Origin: Octopus bimaculoides
Taxonomy: Eukaryota
NCBI RefSeq assembly: GCF_001194135.2
Contig: NC_068994.1
Coordinates: forward strand, 39,396,963-39,460,962
Reading direction: 5' to 3'
DNA length: 64,000 bases
Of the stretch, positions 62,823-64,000 are shown one piece after another (within the stretch, counting starts at the first letter, position 1; each line of letters opens with the position of its first letter). Made by a program: the position numbers and the translations under genes. The notes beneath the pieces were generated by a model. The model was not told the origin of the DNA, ran no database searches, and saw nothing but the letters and a program-made list of their open reading frames with translations.

Positions 62823-63184
62823 TTTTAAAGGATCATGATATTAACAGTTATAAAATTTATTCATTCAATATAGAACATGCTCCCCTGCATTAGCAACTCC
62901 AGAAGGCAGCTGTTCTGTAATTTTAGGAAAAAAAATTGAATTAGGGAATTTTTGAAGATGCTTTCCTCAATATTTATTGAGGGATTGCCAAATACCAGTT
63001 GGCTCAAATATTTTATTTCTCATAATGTATTCACCATACCCAGAAAGACAATCATTAAATGGAGAAAAAACATTCAGTTATTCATGAATGCTTAAACTAC
63101 ATTAACAATAACCACTTTATAGTTTCTTTTGTTTTGCATATATGAAACTGAAGACATGAAAATATCTCTTGTCTTCGCATATGA

Positions 63185-63244
63185 ATTCTTTGTGTGATAG
63201 TTAAATAGATGCACATTCTTTGTGTGACAATTAAATAGATGCAC
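63185..63244. repeat. Two copies of a 30-bp unit
   Basis: attctttgtgtgatagttaaatagatgcac / attctttgtgtgacaattaaatagatgcac. Confidence 0.9.
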
Positions 63245-63264
63245 ACATTTCAATGCACATTTCA

Positions 63265-63610
63265 AACCATGTGGTTAAGAAGTTCACTTTTCAGCCACAT
63301 GGTTTCATGTTCAACCCCAGTGCATGACACCTTGGTTACATGTCTTCTAATATAGCCCTGAGTTGGCAAATGCCTTGTGAATGAATTTGATGGATGGAGA
63401 CTGTGAAGAAACCCATCATGCATAAGTATAAGAACATGTGTGTGGCTTTATGTTTGTGTTTGTCTCCACCACTGCTTGACAACCAGTGCTGGTCTGCATA
63501 CATCTCCAGCAAAAGAGACTAATATATAAGTACCAGACTTAAAGACTAAGCCCTGTGATTAATTTGCTTGACAAAACCTTTTAAAGTGACGCTCCATCAT
63601 GGCTGTAGTC
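63265..63610 (+). mobile_element. SINE family B (diverged)
   Basis: catgtggttaagaag...gttcaacccc...gagactgtgaagaaaccc...gctccatcatggctgtagtcaaatga. Confidence 0.75.
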
Positions 63611-64000
63611 AAATGATACATGTGCAAGGGCCCGCACCCCCTAGAATTTTCAGGGGGTGCAAGATCAAAATTTGCACCCCCTACATAATCTTACCAGTTG
63701 CAGAAAAAAAGTGTCTAAAATCTATCGGTATAAAATGCTGAAGTTCGATCTCGTTTCAAAACAAAGAAAAAAATAAATATATAAATAAATAAAAGTGATG
63801 AAGCTAGCATAAAATTCCCTAGGGAGTTCTGAAGGCAAGTAGCGTCAAAATACAAAAAAGTAAGTGACAATAACAACAGTAGCAGCAACAATAACAACAA
63901 CAAAACCAGCATGTATGGTTAATTTTGAATGTATAGCATTACTTGAATTATTGAAGACAGCTCCCACCCAGTTGCTGTCTGTCAATACTTCTCTCCATCT

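Overview
AT-rich eukaryotic genomic DNA with nine N gaps, most of them inside or next to microsatellites. The SINE and LINE families look like those of coleoid cephalopods, most likely Octopus; this comes from recognising the repeats, not from a database search. The window is mostly intron or intergenic sequence full of microsatellites, two or three tRNA-derived SINE families, RTE and R4/Dong LINE fragments, Tc1/mariner, hAT and piggyBac derivatives, and one Merlin (ISXO2-like) transposase remnant. There are no rRNA or tRNA genes, CRISPR arrays or prokaryotic features. Almost all ORFs in the supplied track are microsatellite, gap or repeat artefacts. Short, phase-compatible GT-AG exon candidates suggest an unidentified spliced gene on the + strand, at low to moderate confidence. 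The most notable observation is six dispersed type-I hammerhead-ribozyme-like motifs, read by eye. Four lie in fold-back (inverted-repeat) elements, one in a ~316-bp direct repeat, and one just upstream of a fold-back. They resemble Penelope-like or retrozyme-like non-autonomous elements. Several perfect DNA palindromes are also present. Repeat boundaries are approximate unless a TIR or TSD is quoted.
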